Source of the DNA: Woeseiaceae bacterium
GTDB lineage: Bacteria > Pseudomonadota > Gammaproteobacteria > Steroidobacterales > Woeseiaceae
Direction of reading: 5' to 3'
Assembly (NCBI GenBank): GCA_013138675.1
Contig: WTCH01000145.1
Span: 1 to 45,374, forward strand
DNA: 45,374 nt
Shown here: one piece after another, positions 16,154-25,384 of the stretch
How positions within the stretch are numbered: position 1 is the first letter of the stretch
How the letters are laid out: every line of letters starts with the position of its first letter
Notes under the pieces: model-generated
Database searches by the model: none
What the model saw: only the letters and a program-made list of their open reading frames with translations
Told to the model about the DNA's origin: nothing
Translations under genes and position numbers: made by a program

Positions 16154-17947
16154 TTACAACTGTGCAGCCACCCAATCATTGATTTTGGCTTCGAGCATCG
16201 ACAGCGGCATCGGACCGTCCATCAATACCTGCGTATGGAAGTCCTTCACGTCGAACGCGTCACCGAGTTGATTTTCGGCGTAAGTGCGAAGTTCGCGAAT
16301 CTTGAGCTGCCCGATCTTGTAAGCCAGCGCCTGCCCGGGTATCGCCATGAAGCGTTCCGCTTCAGAGACTGCACGGGATTCCTTGACGGCAGAATTGGCG
16401 TACATGAAATCGAGGACGTCCTGGCGAGTCCACTCCTTGGCGTGCAAACCCGTGTCAACGACAAGACGGATTGCCCGCCAGAGTTCGGCATTGAGTGCAC
16501 CAAAGTACTGGTAAGGATCCGTATAGACGCCGATTTCCCTGCCGAGCGATTCGGCGTAAAGGCCCCAACCCTCGGTGAAGGCCGTGTAGCCTCCAAAGCG
16601 CCGGAACCCTGGCAACTCTTCGTTCTCGACCTGCAGCGAGCGCTGAAAGTGATGGCCAGGAATAGCTTCGTGCAGGAACAGGGATTCCATGGCCCAGATA
16701 GGACGTGACTTGATGTCATAGGCATTCGCGTAGAAGACACCAGGACGGCTGCCGTCCGGTGTGCCCGTTCGATAGGAACCGCCGGAAGACGATGCCTCGC
16801 GGAACGGCTCTACACGCCGAACTTCGAAACCGGTCTTCGGGAAAACATCGAACAACGACTTCGACAAGTCGGACACGTGATCCGACATGTCGCGATAACC
16901 CTGGATCAGGTCTTCGGGCTCATCGAAGTAGAACTGGTCGTCGCTGTTCAGATATTCGAAGAAGTCCTTGAGATCACCCTCAAAGCCAACCTCTTCCATG
17001 ACACCGAGCATCTCGCCGTGAATGCGCGCGACCTCATTGAGACCGATTTGATGAATCTCCTCGGACGTCAGGTTGGTCGTCGTGATTTGCTTGACCTTGT
17101 ACGCGTACCACTCAGATCCGTCTGGCAATGCATACAGGCCGACTGTCTCACGCGTAGCGCCCATGTACTCGTCGCCCATGAAGTTCGCCGTCCGCTTGTA
17201 AACCGGAAGAACTTTGGTCTCGATCGCGTCTTTAAATGCACCGGTCAGACGCTCGCGATCAGCCGTGCTGAACTCCTCAGGCATGTTCTCTATCGGCGCC
17301 CAGAATCCACTCTCTTCGGCCGTGTCGACAATTTGCGATTCGATCTGGGGCAACGATTTTTCCATGAGGATACGTGGCTGCACAACGCCCTGGCGCATAC
17401 CCTCTTTCATGTTCTCGACGGCCTGATCGGCATACACGACGAAGCCGTCGATACGTGCCAGCCAGTCGTCATAGTGCTTGACTGTTTTGAACGGGTGCAC
17501 ACTCGTGCCGCTGCCAAGTTGCACGAACGAATTCAGCGTCGAATAAAACTGATTAATTGGCTGCAGGTGCCCAGGGAAGCGATCGCCTTCCAGTGATTGC
17601 TCTCGATTCAACCTGAACATGTCGTAGCTCAGCTGATCCTGTCGCGACAGTTGTTCGCGATCGACCTCGAGCAATCTCGTAAGAAACTCCTCATCCATAA
17701 TGCGGTTGGCCTCGCGATGCTCCGGCCCGATTGAGTTGGCGAATTTGTCGTTGAAACGATAGTCGCCGATTGATGTTGCCCGCATGGGGTTAAGCTCGAG
17801 GCCGCGCTCAAAGAACTCGTCAAAAAGAGCGTGCAGCGTTACGGTGGGATCGGCAACCTCGGCTTGAGATTCCGTAGCGGGCTGTTCGTTACTGCAAGCG
17901 GCGATGAATAGCACCGCGGCCAATACGGCCGCAGATAGTTTTTTCAT
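16154..17947 (-). CDS. DUF885-family lipoprotein
   Basis: Start trimmed to the ATG at 17947 (MKKLSAAVLAAVLFIAAC lipobox), preceded by GAGAGGAG. HEAIPGHH and the overall length are typical of DUF885. Confidence 0.8.
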   Translation of the reverse strand: MKKLSAAVLAAVLFIAACSNEQPATESQAEVADPTVTLHALFDEFFERGLELNPMRATSIGDYRFNDKFANSIGPEHREANRIMDEEFLTRLLEVDREQLSRQDQLSYDMFRLNREQSLEGDRFPGHLQPINQFYSTLNSFVQLGSGTSVHPFKTVKHYDDWLARIDGFVVYADQAVENMKEGMRQGVVQPRILMEKSLPQIESQIVDTAEESGFWAPIENMPEEFSTADRERLTGAFKDAIETKVLPVYKRTANFMGDEYMGATRETVGLYALPDGSEWYAYKVKQITTTNLTSEEIHQIGLNEVARIHGEMLGVMEEVGFEGDLKDFFEYLNSDDQFYFDEPEDLIQGYRDMSDHVSDLSKSLFDVFPKTGFEVRRVEPFREASSSGGSYRTGTPDGSRPGVFYANAYDIKSRPIWAMESLFLHEAIPGHHFQRSLQVENEELPGFRRFGGYTAFTEGWGLYAESLGREIGVYTDPYQYFGALNAELWRAIRLVVDTGLHAKEWTRQDVLDFMYANSAVKESRAVSEAERFMAIPGQALAYKIGQLKIRELRTYAENQLGDAFDVKDFHTQVLMDGPMPLSMLEAKINDWVAAQL

Positions 17948-18029
17948 GGGAGCTCCTCTCGTTCGTAAGATTGGTGGCATAAGGTGGATGCTCATATGAC
18001 AGGCTACGGATGCATTTATTGTCGATGCG

Positions 18030-19577
18030 TCAGGCGCAGTTTTCCATAACCGGTGCAAACGCCGAAGACGCCATGCGGCATCCGGCAACAGTCTGGTGCA
18101 AAGTGAACGAGACGGGCTCCTTGCACCCCAGGGGGTGAAAGCCGATCAGTATCGTCACTCCGTGTTCTTGCCTGGTGTCGCGACGACAAAGGTCATCATC
18201 GCATTCAACAACGAAACGATCGGATTCGAACGCACCCATGCCCTCCAGTGCCGACAGGTAGGCCGTAACCAGGGAGCGAATGCGTTCAGCGACAGGTGTT
18301 TCGTCCGGTTCATACACGGCCCAACGTGTCGCCTGGTCGATCGAGTTGACGATCTGCAGGCACAGACGTCGTACCGGCAAGCTGGCGAATTTACGATGCG
18401 ATTCGCTGCCGCGGCCCATCGTCACCGAGCCGCGCAAACGTGCACGTCCGGCGGGGCCCGTCACGATCAGGTTAAGACCTTCGCGTGACAACACCTGCGT
18501 GTCTTCCTCATCGATATCGAAGGCCGCAATCAGCTCGCGAGAGAATCCCATACCCTGCTGATCGAGCGCCTGCCATGGACCATATATTCTATCGAGTTTG
18601 CACAGGAGGCCGGCCAATGCACCGCCCACCGCCCGCGGCGCACTATTTTCGTCAGTGCGACGAAACATGCGCGGGAAATAACTGATCGCGTTGGGGCTTG
18701 CCAGTCCGAGCTCACGCACTCCGGTCACCGCTTTTGCCGGCGTAACCCAGTCTGCAGGTGGATCAACGATGAGCATGGCGCCGCGCTCACGACAAAATAA
18801 TTCTGCTGCGAGCAAGGATGCCGGCCCAAGATCGCGACACTTACCTGGCGGCGGCAGGTACAAGAGATCCAATCCCTCGAGTTGCTGCAAAGCGAAAAGC
18901 CCGGTTTCCTCGCGGCGCGAACCAATCAGGTCATAGTCCGACAGCTCTTGCCCATCAGCACCTTCCTGCGCATGTTCGACGTACGCGTCATCAAAGCGCG
19001 TGTTTGGGCCTTGCGTCGGCTCTGGCCGATGGCTCGGATACGGGTGCTCTGCATCCGCCAGCTTCGATGTCAGCAGCAAATCTGCAATGAAGTTGTCGGC
19101 ATCCTCGCGGTAGTCGGCGCGACGGAACAGTTCCTGGTCCATGACGTGGCCAGTAGCCGGGTCGATGCGCTGCAGAGTCAGGTTAAAAAGTTCGTCATCA
19201 TCAATGCCATCAAAATCGACCGCCGCGCGGATTCGCTCGGTTGTGCCGGGGTCGACAGTCCGCAACACCAGGGCAGATCCGCTGGCGGGCAGACACAACA
19301 TTGCCCCCCGGGCGTTATTGGCAACCCGGACGATGTAGAGACGGCGTCCGCCGTGCTGGAAAAACTGCCGTACAGCCGGTCCGAGGCTCGAACGCGACCA
19401 GATGTCGCCGAAACGCCGGCGAAACTCGCCGAAGTCACGAACCAGGACCGGTTTATTCAGGGGGCCGCGAAGCGCACGGCCGACAAAGGCGGCCGTGGTA
19501 TCGGGCGACACGTCGATGGCTTGTTCCATCGGTGCCAATTCGGTGACCGTGATGCCACGGTCAACTGCATCCGACAA
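18030..19577 (-). CDS. phage-tail / contractile-injection-system sheath family protein, orphan and divergent
   Basis: TTG start with GGAGA 5 nt upstream. The N-terminal block GITVTEL...TTAAFVGRALRGPLNKPVLVRDFGEFRRRFG and the C-terminal blocks AISYFPRM, LPVRRLCLQIVNSIDQATRWAVYEPDETPVAERIRSLVTAYL and FVVECD follow sheath (PF04984-type) order and spacing. Confidence 0.75.
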   Translation of the reverse strand: MSDAVDRGITVTELAPMEQAIDVSPDTTAAFVGRALRGPLNKPVLVRDFGEFRRRFGDIWSRSSLGPAVRQFFQHGGRRLYIVRVANNARGAMLCLPASGSALVLRTVDPGTTERIRAAVDFDGIDDDELFNLTLQRIDPATGHVMDQELFRRADYREDADNFIADLLLTSKLADAEHPYPSHRPEPTQGPNTRFDDAYVEHAQEGADGQELSDYDLIGSRREETGLFALQQLEGLDLLYLPPPGKCRDLGPASLLAAELFCRERGAMLIVDPPADWVTPAKAVTGVRELGLASPNAISYFPRMFRRTDENSAPRAVGGALAGLLCKLDRIYGPWQALDQQGMGFSRELIAAFDIDEEDTQVLSREGLNLIVTGPAGRARLRGSVTMGRGSESHRKFASLPVRRLCLQIVNSIDQATRWAVYEPDETPVAERIRSLVTAYLSALEGMGAFESDRFVVECDDDLCRRDTRQEHGVTILIGFHPLGCKEPVSFTLHQTVAGCRMASSAFAPVMENCA

Positions 19578-19666
19578 GCTTGTCTCCGATACAGTTGGTC
19601 AGAAGTAGCACCGATTCTAATCAGTGGCCGCACCTTATGCTATTGAATTTCGATACTATTCAAGCG

Positions 19667-20725
19667 ATGAGTGATTTCCTGGCAAGCGCCTATCCCCGAC
19701 TTGCGAGCCGGATACCCAGGCTGCGGCTCGCCGAGCTGCCCACACCGATCGACACGGTGACACTGCGCACTGCCAGCGGTGAGCACGACATTTCGATCAA
19801 GCGCGACGACCTCACCGGCAGACTTTATGGCGGCAACAAGGTTCGCAAACTCGAATACCTGCTCCACAAAGCGCAGCGGAGAGACTCCCGCCACATAGCA
19901 ACGTTCGGTACGGTCGCGTCCAACCACGCGCTCGCGACGACACTGTACGCACGATCTCTCGGCTGTGAATGTACCTGCTTCCTTTCGCACCAAACCAAAA
20001 CAGCCAGCGCAACAAAGGCGCTGAACCTGCACTTGAAAATGAACACACACATCGTTCCTTATGGTGGCGACCGCAAAAATCGGGTCGCGACGCTGCGTGA
20101 ACATCTCACAGGCCAGCGCGTGTTCTTGATTCCACCCGGCGGATCCAACTGGCTCGGTGCGGTGGGCTTCGTAAACGCCGGCCTCGAACTCGCTGCACAG
20201 ATAGATGCAGGTGATATCGGAATACCCGATCGCCTTTACGTCGCCAATGGAACGATGGCAACGGCTGTTGGCATTGCGTTGGGGCTCGCGCTGGCGAGAT
20301 TGCCTACACAGGTACAGGCAGTCCAGGTCACGGAGAGCTTTGTCTCCAGCCCCCAGTCAATGCAGCGATTGCTGGCCAAGACGGCGTTTGCGCTACACCA
20401 GCTCGATGCGTCCGTGCCCATCGATCTCGCGGATCGCGCGAACTACCAGTTTCGAACGGGTTTTCTTGGCGAGGGCTATGCGAAAACCAACGATGCGACG
20501 GAGCGGGCGATTGCTGTTGCGCGCGATAAGCTCGGCGTTAACCTGGAAGCCACGTACACCGGCAAGGCCATGGCCGCCTTGCTCCAGGACCTGGACGAGA
20601 ATCGCGACGAGCGCGAAAATGTCCTGTTCTGGAATACCTACAATTCGAGGCCATTGGCTGCCGACATCGGGCGGCCGGCGAATACAGACAAACTACCGGA
20701 GGCTTTCCTGCGCTACTTCGACTAA
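19667..20725 (+). CDS. PLP-dependent 1-aminocyclopropane-1-carboxylate deaminase / D-cysteine desulfhydrase family protein
   Basis: The PLP-lysine motif GGNKVRKLEYLL, then GTVASNHA, then IPPGGSN. ATG 19667 is chosen, with 19637 as an alternative. Confidence 0.75.
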   Translation: MSDFLASAYPRLASRIPRLRLAELPTPIDTVTLRTASGEHDISIKRDDLTGRLYGGNKVRKLEYLLHKAQRRDSRHIATFGTVASNHALATTLYARSLGCECTCFLSHQTKTASATKALNLHLKMNTHIVPYGGDRKNRVATLREHLTGQRVFLIPPGGSNWLGAVGFVNAGLELAAQIDAGDIGIPDRLYVANGTMATAVGIALGLALARLPTQVQAVQVTESFVSSPQSMQRLLAKTAFALHQLDASVPIDLADRANYQFRTGFLGEGYAKTNDATERAIAVARDKLGVNLEATYTGKAMAALLQDLDENRDERENVLFWNTYNSRPLAADIGRPANTDKLPEAFLRYFD

Positions 20726-21853
20726 GCCAGTCGACTCCTGCAATTCCTCGTCGCCCTCACGAACTGCCTCGTCGATCATTTCACGCACTTCGGCGAGCGT
20801 CGGCGCCTCGGGATCGATCTCCACCGTGTTCCTGACGACGCGGGCACGTGTCATGACATCAGAATCATCGACAGCACCCAGGCGCGAGGGAACACCGTTC
20901 GCGACGGCAGCGACGCTGTGCGCATGCTGCAGCTCCTGTTCACTGAAGCCGGATTCCGTCTCCCCGTTCCACTTTTCCAGCAATAACTCGAGTCGCTCGT
21001 CCGCACCGACAGTGTCATCTTCCAACGGCGTATGACTCTCGAAGTAGATTTCACCATTCAGCTGCCCCATTAAGAATGGCTCATTGATGATGATCACGGT
21101 TTCACCGATATCGACGAGTTCGTAGAGGTACTCGATGTTCTCCGGATACAGCCGCACACAACCGTGGCTCACGCGCATGCCGACTCCGAACGGCTGGTTG
21201 GTGCCATGAATCAGGTATCCCGGCATATCCAGTTTCAGTACACGGTGTCCGAGTGGGTTCTCGGGACCGGGCGGAATAACCGAGGGCAGCGGATCACCGA
21301 GTTCGGCATGCTCCTGGCGCACGGACAGCGGCACATACCAGTGCGGGTCCTTCGCTTTAGCCGTAACCGTCGTCATGCCGAGTGGCGTTTCCCAGCCAAC
21401 ACGGCCGACACCGATCGGAAATGTCATCACAATTGCAGGCTGCCCTTTTGCGACCTCGGGAAAATAGAACAGGCGTTTGCTCGCAAGATTGAGAATGATG
21501 CCCTCGCGCGGCACATCGGGCAGAACGAACTGCGTCGGCAATAGCACCGGCGTGTTCTCGCCCGGCAGCCAGGGATCGATATCGGGATTCGCGGCAATCA
21601 GCTCGTCATAACCGAGACCATACGCCCGAGCGAAACCGGACAGCGTGTCATCGCTGCTTGTGAACACGACCTGTGGAATACCGACGACTGACTGCTCAGG
21701 TGATTCGAGCACGAAGTGATTCGCCAATATCGGATCTTCAACGGGCCGCTCTTCGAGCGACACAACGACCTCGGGCTCGCGCTTGTTAGGTGCAGTTCCG
21801 AAAAAGTCCTGTAGCGACGAACAGCCACCGGCCAACAGAAGTGACGGCAGCAA
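20693..21853 (-). CDS. L,D-transpeptidase (LysM + YkuD domain)
   Basis: LysM-like DTLSGFARAYGLGYDELIAANP. YkuD catalytic motif IHGTNQPFGVGMRVSHGCVRL. The only available start is a TTG, which gives a very short signal-like segment (MLPSLLLAGGC), so the N-terminus is uncertain. Confidence 0.75.
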   Translation of the reverse strand: MLPSLLLAGGCSSLQDFFGTAPNKREPEVVVSLEERPVEDPILANHFVLESPEQSVVGIPQVVFTSSDDTLSGFARAYGLGYDELIAANPDIDPWLPGENTPVLLPTQFVLPDVPREGIILNLASKRLFYFPEVAKGQPAIVMTFPIGVGRVGWETPLGMTTVTAKAKDPHWYVPLSVRQEHAELGDPLPSVIPPGPENPLGHRVLKLDMPGYLIHGTNQPFGVGMRVSHGCVRLYPENIEYLYELVDIGETVIIINEPFLMGQLNGEIYFESHTPLEDDTVGADERLELLLEKWNGETESGFSEQELQHAHSVAAVANGVPSRLGAVDDSDVMTRARVVRNTVEIDPEAPTLAEVREMIDEAVREGDEELQESTGLVEVAQESLR

Positions 21854-21880
21854 GAGGATCAGGCGAGAGGCTATGTTTGT

Positions 21881-22735
21881 TTACTCCTTCCCCTCATTGG
21901 TGCGCTGTTGCTCGTAATACTGTTCGAGCTTCTGTGGCAGCACGCAATCGGGAATGCGACCTTCTTCGTGCGCCTGATTATACAGGGGCAAAACATCGGT
22001 CCACTGGGAGATCAACGATTCGATACGATTCTCGCTCGATGGGTGGGTAGAAACGAATTCCGCGGGCCTTTCGCCACCGGCTTCTTCGGCCATGTTCTGC
22101 CATAACGGAACAGCAGCACGCGGGTCAAAGCCGGCTTTCGCCATATACTCGAGCCCAACGACGTCAGCCTCCGTCTCCTGGCCACGTTTGTAGGGCAGCA
22201 TGATTCCGTACATCGCGCCCTGGTTCAGCATTTCCTGGGCCGTGTACGTTGCGCCGTAGTTCCCTCCACCGAGCAGCACAGCAGCAACCTGGATACCGAT
22301 TTGCATGCCTTTACCGCCCTGCAAAAGCTTGCTCTTGGTGTGCTCTGATGTGACGTGCGCGATTTCGTGACCGATAACGGCGGCCAGCTGGTGCTGGTCA
22401 CGTGCGGCCCTGAGGATGCCTTCAAAAATGACAATCTTGCCGCCAGGCATGACGAAGGCATTGAGTTCATTGGTCTCAAGAATGGCCATTTCCCAGTTCA
22501 TGTCGCTGTCCGGCGGCTCCAACGACATCACGACAGCGTTGGCAACGCAGGATATGTAGTCAATCGTTTCGCGATCGGTCGTCAGAGGTGCCGAGGCCTT
22601 GAGTCGCGCGAATTCTTTCGCCGCCTCGGCCTCCATTTCGGCGTCAGACACCGCATTTGCCGCAGTTGATGCGACAAACCCTGTCAGCGTGACGAGCGAA
22701 ACTATCAGGATTGATCTGGAACGCTTCATAGTCAT
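21881..22735 (-). CDS. M48-family zinc metalloprotease (LoiP/YggG-like), secreted
   Basis: Signal peptide, HEIAHV zinc motif and downstream ETEAD...GFDP. Confidence 0.8.
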   Translation of the reverse strand: MTMKRSRSILIVSLVTLTGFVASTAANAVSDAEMEAEAAKEFARLKASAPLTTDRETIDYISCVANAVVMSLEPPDSDMNWEMAILETNELNAFVMPGGKIVIFEGILRAARDQHQLAAVIGHEIAHVTSEHTKSKLLQGGKGMQIGIQVAAVLLGGGNYGATYTAQEMLNQGAMYGIMLPYKRGQETEADVVGLEYMAKAGFDPRAAVPLWQNMAEEAGGERPAEFVSTHPSSENRIESLISQWTDVLPLYNQAHEEGRIPDCVLPQKLEQYYEQQRTNEGKE

Positions 22736-22810
22736 GGGATTTCCTCGAGCCGGGACCCTTCAGACCCACCTACAGTTTACGACAATTTTTGGGCCCACCG
22801 GTTCCAGTAT

Positions 22811-23830
22811 CTAGCGAGGCAGGCGCGACTCGAATTTGCGCCGCCAACCCGTCGCATCGAATTTCTCGAGTGCGCTGTCGAAATTTGCCATAAGGCGCTT
22901 CTGCAGGGGCTGCTTGATATGGTAGCTCAGCGCATAGAGATCCCGGTCCGCGGCACGCTCACTCAAGAGCTCATCGCTGGTCTTGATCTCGTCCGCGAGG
23001 CCCATCTCCAGCGCCCTGGGGCCGTACCAGTGTTCGCCCGTCGCGACCTTGTCGAGGTCGAGATCGGGCCGATACTCGCTGACGGCCGCCTTAAAAAGTG
23101 CGTGCACGTCTTCAAGCTCTTCTTTGAGCTTGGCACGATCTTCGTCGGTATTCTCGCCGAACATCGTGACAGTGCGCTTGTATTTGCCCGCCGTAACTTG
23201 CTCGAAATCAACGCCGTGACTGTCGAGGAAGCGATTGAAGTTGGGCAGCTGGGCCAATACGCCAATTGACCCGAGAATCGCAAATGGTGCCGCATAAATT
23301 CTCGTGGCGACGCAGGCCATCAGGTAGCCGCCGCTTGCCGCAACCTTGTCCACACAAACAACTAACGGAATTCCCTTGTCGCGGATGCGAGCAAGCTGCG
23401 ATGCCGCGAGACCGTGTTCGTGAACAACGCCGCCGTGATTCTCGAGACAAACGATAATCTCGTCCATCCCGGTCGCCACTTCGAGAACCGCACTGACCTC
23501 CTCGCGCAATGCGGGCAGCGCACTCGCCTTGAGGTCGCCTTTGAAGTTGATGACGAAGCTACGTGGCCGGTCGGACGATTCCTTGGCCGCCGCCTTCTCG
23601 CGCTTTTTCTCTGCCTTCGCTTCCTTTTTCTGCTCGTCTTTCTTCAGCACCGCTTTTCGCAGCGCGCTCGCAAGGGCTTTGTATTTCTTGTTCAGGTCCT
23701 CGACCTCGAGGCCTTCCTGGTGCGCCTTACGGCCGGCCGATGCAGCAACACCAATGATGATGACGATGGCAACGACGATCGTCAGGACCTTCACCAGAAA
23801 TAGTCCGTAGTTAAAGAAGAAATCGCTCAT
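22811..23830 (-). CDS. sohB: S49-family inner-membrane peptidase SohB
   Basis: N-terminal TM helix, Lys/Glu-rich linker and a ClpP/SppA-like core ([15 protein letters not shown]). ATGA junction with lipA. Confidence 0.85.
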   Translation of the reverse strand: MSDFFFNYGLFLVKVLTIVVAIVIIIGVAASAGRKAHQEGLEVEDLNKKYKALASALRKAVLKKDEQKKEAKAEKKREKAAAKESSDRPRSFVINFKGDLKASALPALREEVSAVLEVATGMDEIIVCLENHGGVVHEHGLAASQLARIRDKGIPLVVCVDKVAASGGYLMACVATRIYAAPFAILGSIGVLAQLPNFNRFLDSHGVDFEQVTAGKYKRTVTMFGENTDEDRAKLKEELEDVHALFKAAVSEYRPDLDLDKVATGEHWYGPRALEMGLADEIKTSDELLSERAADRDLYALSYHIKQPLQKRLMANFDSALEKFDATGWRRKFESRLPR

Positions 23831-24834
23831 ATAGCCAGTCCAACGTTGTTTTTCTGAAGTACCTGTTCGGCACGGTAGCTCGATCGGACCATGGGTCCCG
23901 CGACCACCTCGAGGAAGCCCTTGTCCAGGCCCTCACGCCGGTACAGATCGAATTCGTCCGGTGTCACGTAGCGTTCAACGGCAAGATGATTCGGCGTCGG
24001 ACGCAGATACTGGCCCAGCGTCAGGATGTCCACACCAGCTTCGCGGAGGTCATTCATCGTGCGCATGATCTCATTATCGCGTTCGCCCAGCCCCAGCATC
24101 AGGCTGGTCTTTACCAACACGTCGGCGCGGTGTTGCTTGGCGTGACGCAGCACGGCAATTGTCTGGTCGTAGCCGGCGCGCGGATCACGCACCGGGTGGG
24201 TCAGGCGCCGGACCGTCTCGATATTCTGTGCAAACACTTCGAGCCCCGAGTCCACGACGATCTCGACGTGGTCCATGGCGCCGTTGAAATCCGGTGTCAG
24301 TGCCTCTACAGCCGTGCCCGGATTTTGCTTTTTGATCTCGCGGACACACTTGGCGTAATGCGATGCCCCGCCGTCCTCGAGATCGTCACGATCGACCGAG
24401 GTAATAACGACGTACTCGAGACCCATGAGTTTGACCGCCCGGCCCGTATTGGCCGGTTCCTCCGCATCGAGCCAGCCCTTGGGGTTGCCTGTATCCACCG
24501 CACAGAAACGACAGGCGCGCGTGCAGACTGACCCCATAACCATGATAGTCGCAGTGCCTGCATTCCAGCACTCACCGATATTCGGGCACATGCTCTCTTC
24601 GCAGACAGTACTCAGGCGATGCTCATTGACGATCTGGTTGACCGACGAGTAACCCTTGCCCGAAGGCATCTTGGCACGCAGCCACTTCGGTTTTTGTCCT
24701 TTTACCAGCGGCTCGGCATCACGATGCGACTTGACGCCGTTCTTGATGGCCGAAAAACCTTCATCGGTCTTGTACTTGCGGCCACTCTGGACGATGGGAA
24801 TACCGCGAAACTGCTTTTCGCTGTCGTTGCTCAT
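23827..24834 (-). CDS. lipA: lipoyl synthase
   Basis: [12 protein letters not shown] auxiliary cluster and CTRACRFC radical-SAM cluster. Start trimmed to the ATG at 24834. Confidence 0.95.
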   Translation of the reverse strand: MSNDSEKQFRGIPIVQSGRKYKTDEGFSAIKNGVKSHRDAEPLVKGQKPKWLRAKMPSGKGYSSVNQIVNEHRLSTVCEESMCPNIGECWNAGTATIMVMGSVCTRACRFCAVDTGNPKGWLDAEEPANTGRAVKLMGLEYVVITSVDRDDLEDGGASHYAKCVREIKKQNPGTAVEALTPDFNGAMDHVEIVVDSGLEVFAQNIETVRRLTHPVRDPRAGYDQTIAVLRHAKQHRADVLVKTSLMLGLGERDNEIMRTMNDLREAGVDILTLGQYLRPTPNHLAVERYVTPDEFDLYRREGLDKGFLEVVAGPMVRSSYRAEQVLQKNNVGLAI

Positions 24835-24872
24835 GCCGATTGCGATGCGTGAAAAATGGGCACGCATTGTAA

Positions 24873-24901
24873 CCCAAAAAAAAATCCCGGCCGAGGCCGG
24901 G
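24873..24901 (-). terminator. rho-independent terminator
   Basis: The minus strand reads CCCGGCC-TC-GGCCGGG followed by A and nine T. It lies 36 nt downstream of the small ORF stop. Confidence 0.75.
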
Positions 24902-24936
24902 AGAGTCAGGGGGAATCGGTGTCGCGCCAGAAGTGT

Positions 24937-25134
24937 TCAGTGCAGTCGAGACCAGCTAACCAGTTTTACGGCATTCTTCTGCAGGTCGAAATTGCTGGCC
25001 AGTACGGCCTCGATGTCACGCGCATCACTGTCCATATCCATCGGTTGACTCAATTCGATCACACCGCTGAATTCATTGCCGCCGCGGTACTGTGCGTCGG
25101 TCAAAATGAACTGTGTGTAGTATTTCGCGGACAT
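24937..25134 (-). CDS. hypothetical small protein (65 aa)
   Basis: Non-repetitive sequence with its own strong terminator. No obvious Shine-Dalgarno sequence, and I do not recognise the family. Confidence 0.35.
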   Translation of the reverse strand: MSAKYYTQFILTDAQYRGGNEFSGVIELSQPMDMDSDARDIEAVLASNFDLQKNAVKLVSWSRLH

Positions 25135-25384
25135 GGTCTAAGACTACGCCTGGCCCACATTTCCATCTGTGAAACAGAGCACAAAATGCCAGATTAGACA
25201 TAACTTGTTTCGAACTTGTTGCGGTGCAACAATTGAGCGCGCGCGCAAAACCAGCCCTGGACGTAAAATCCGCGCATTTCGGCGACGCGGCGCACAGATT
25301 TTGCGCCACAGCATATGTAATATTGAGTCGTAACTGCCTATCGCTTGGGCGGTTTTTGACTGAACCAACGCAGGAAACGATCAC

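Noticed and set aside
16877-17596. 239-aa ORF antisense to the DUF885 gene
   Set aside because: Shadow ORF. It has no recognisable motifs, and the opposite strand encodes a full-length family member with a lipobox and an RBS.
17948-18088. 47-codon upstream extension of the DUF885 ORF overlapping the sheath gene end
   Set aside because: The internal ATG at 17947 gives a canonical lipoprotein signal peptide and has a GAGAGGAG site upstream. The extension would bury the signal peptide.
18030-19577. Sheath homologue as the T6SS TssC
   Set aside because: There is no TssB or any other tss gene nearby, and the motif pattern resembles phage / Afp-type sheaths rather than TssC. It is reported as an orphan sheath instead.
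18882-19646. 254-aa ORF antisense to the sheath-like gene
   Set aside because: The translation is Arg/Gly/Pro-rich and featureless. The minus-strand product carries ordered sheath motifs along its whole length and has an SD sequence.
20205-21035. 276-aa plus-strand ORF spanning the end of the PLP-enzyme gene and the end of the L,D-transpeptidase gene
   Set aside because: It is out of frame with the PLP enzyme, and the translation is Ser/Arg/Pro-rich with no domain signature. Both overlapped genes are well supported.
25216-25232. 7-bp inverted repeat ttgttgc-ggt-gcaacaa, preceded by a direct repeat acttgtt x2, upstream of the OmpA-family gene. A similar ttgaat-N9-attcaa sits at 19643-19663.
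   Set aside because: These could be operators, but they are too short to distinguish from chance without comparative data or a nearby regulator gene.
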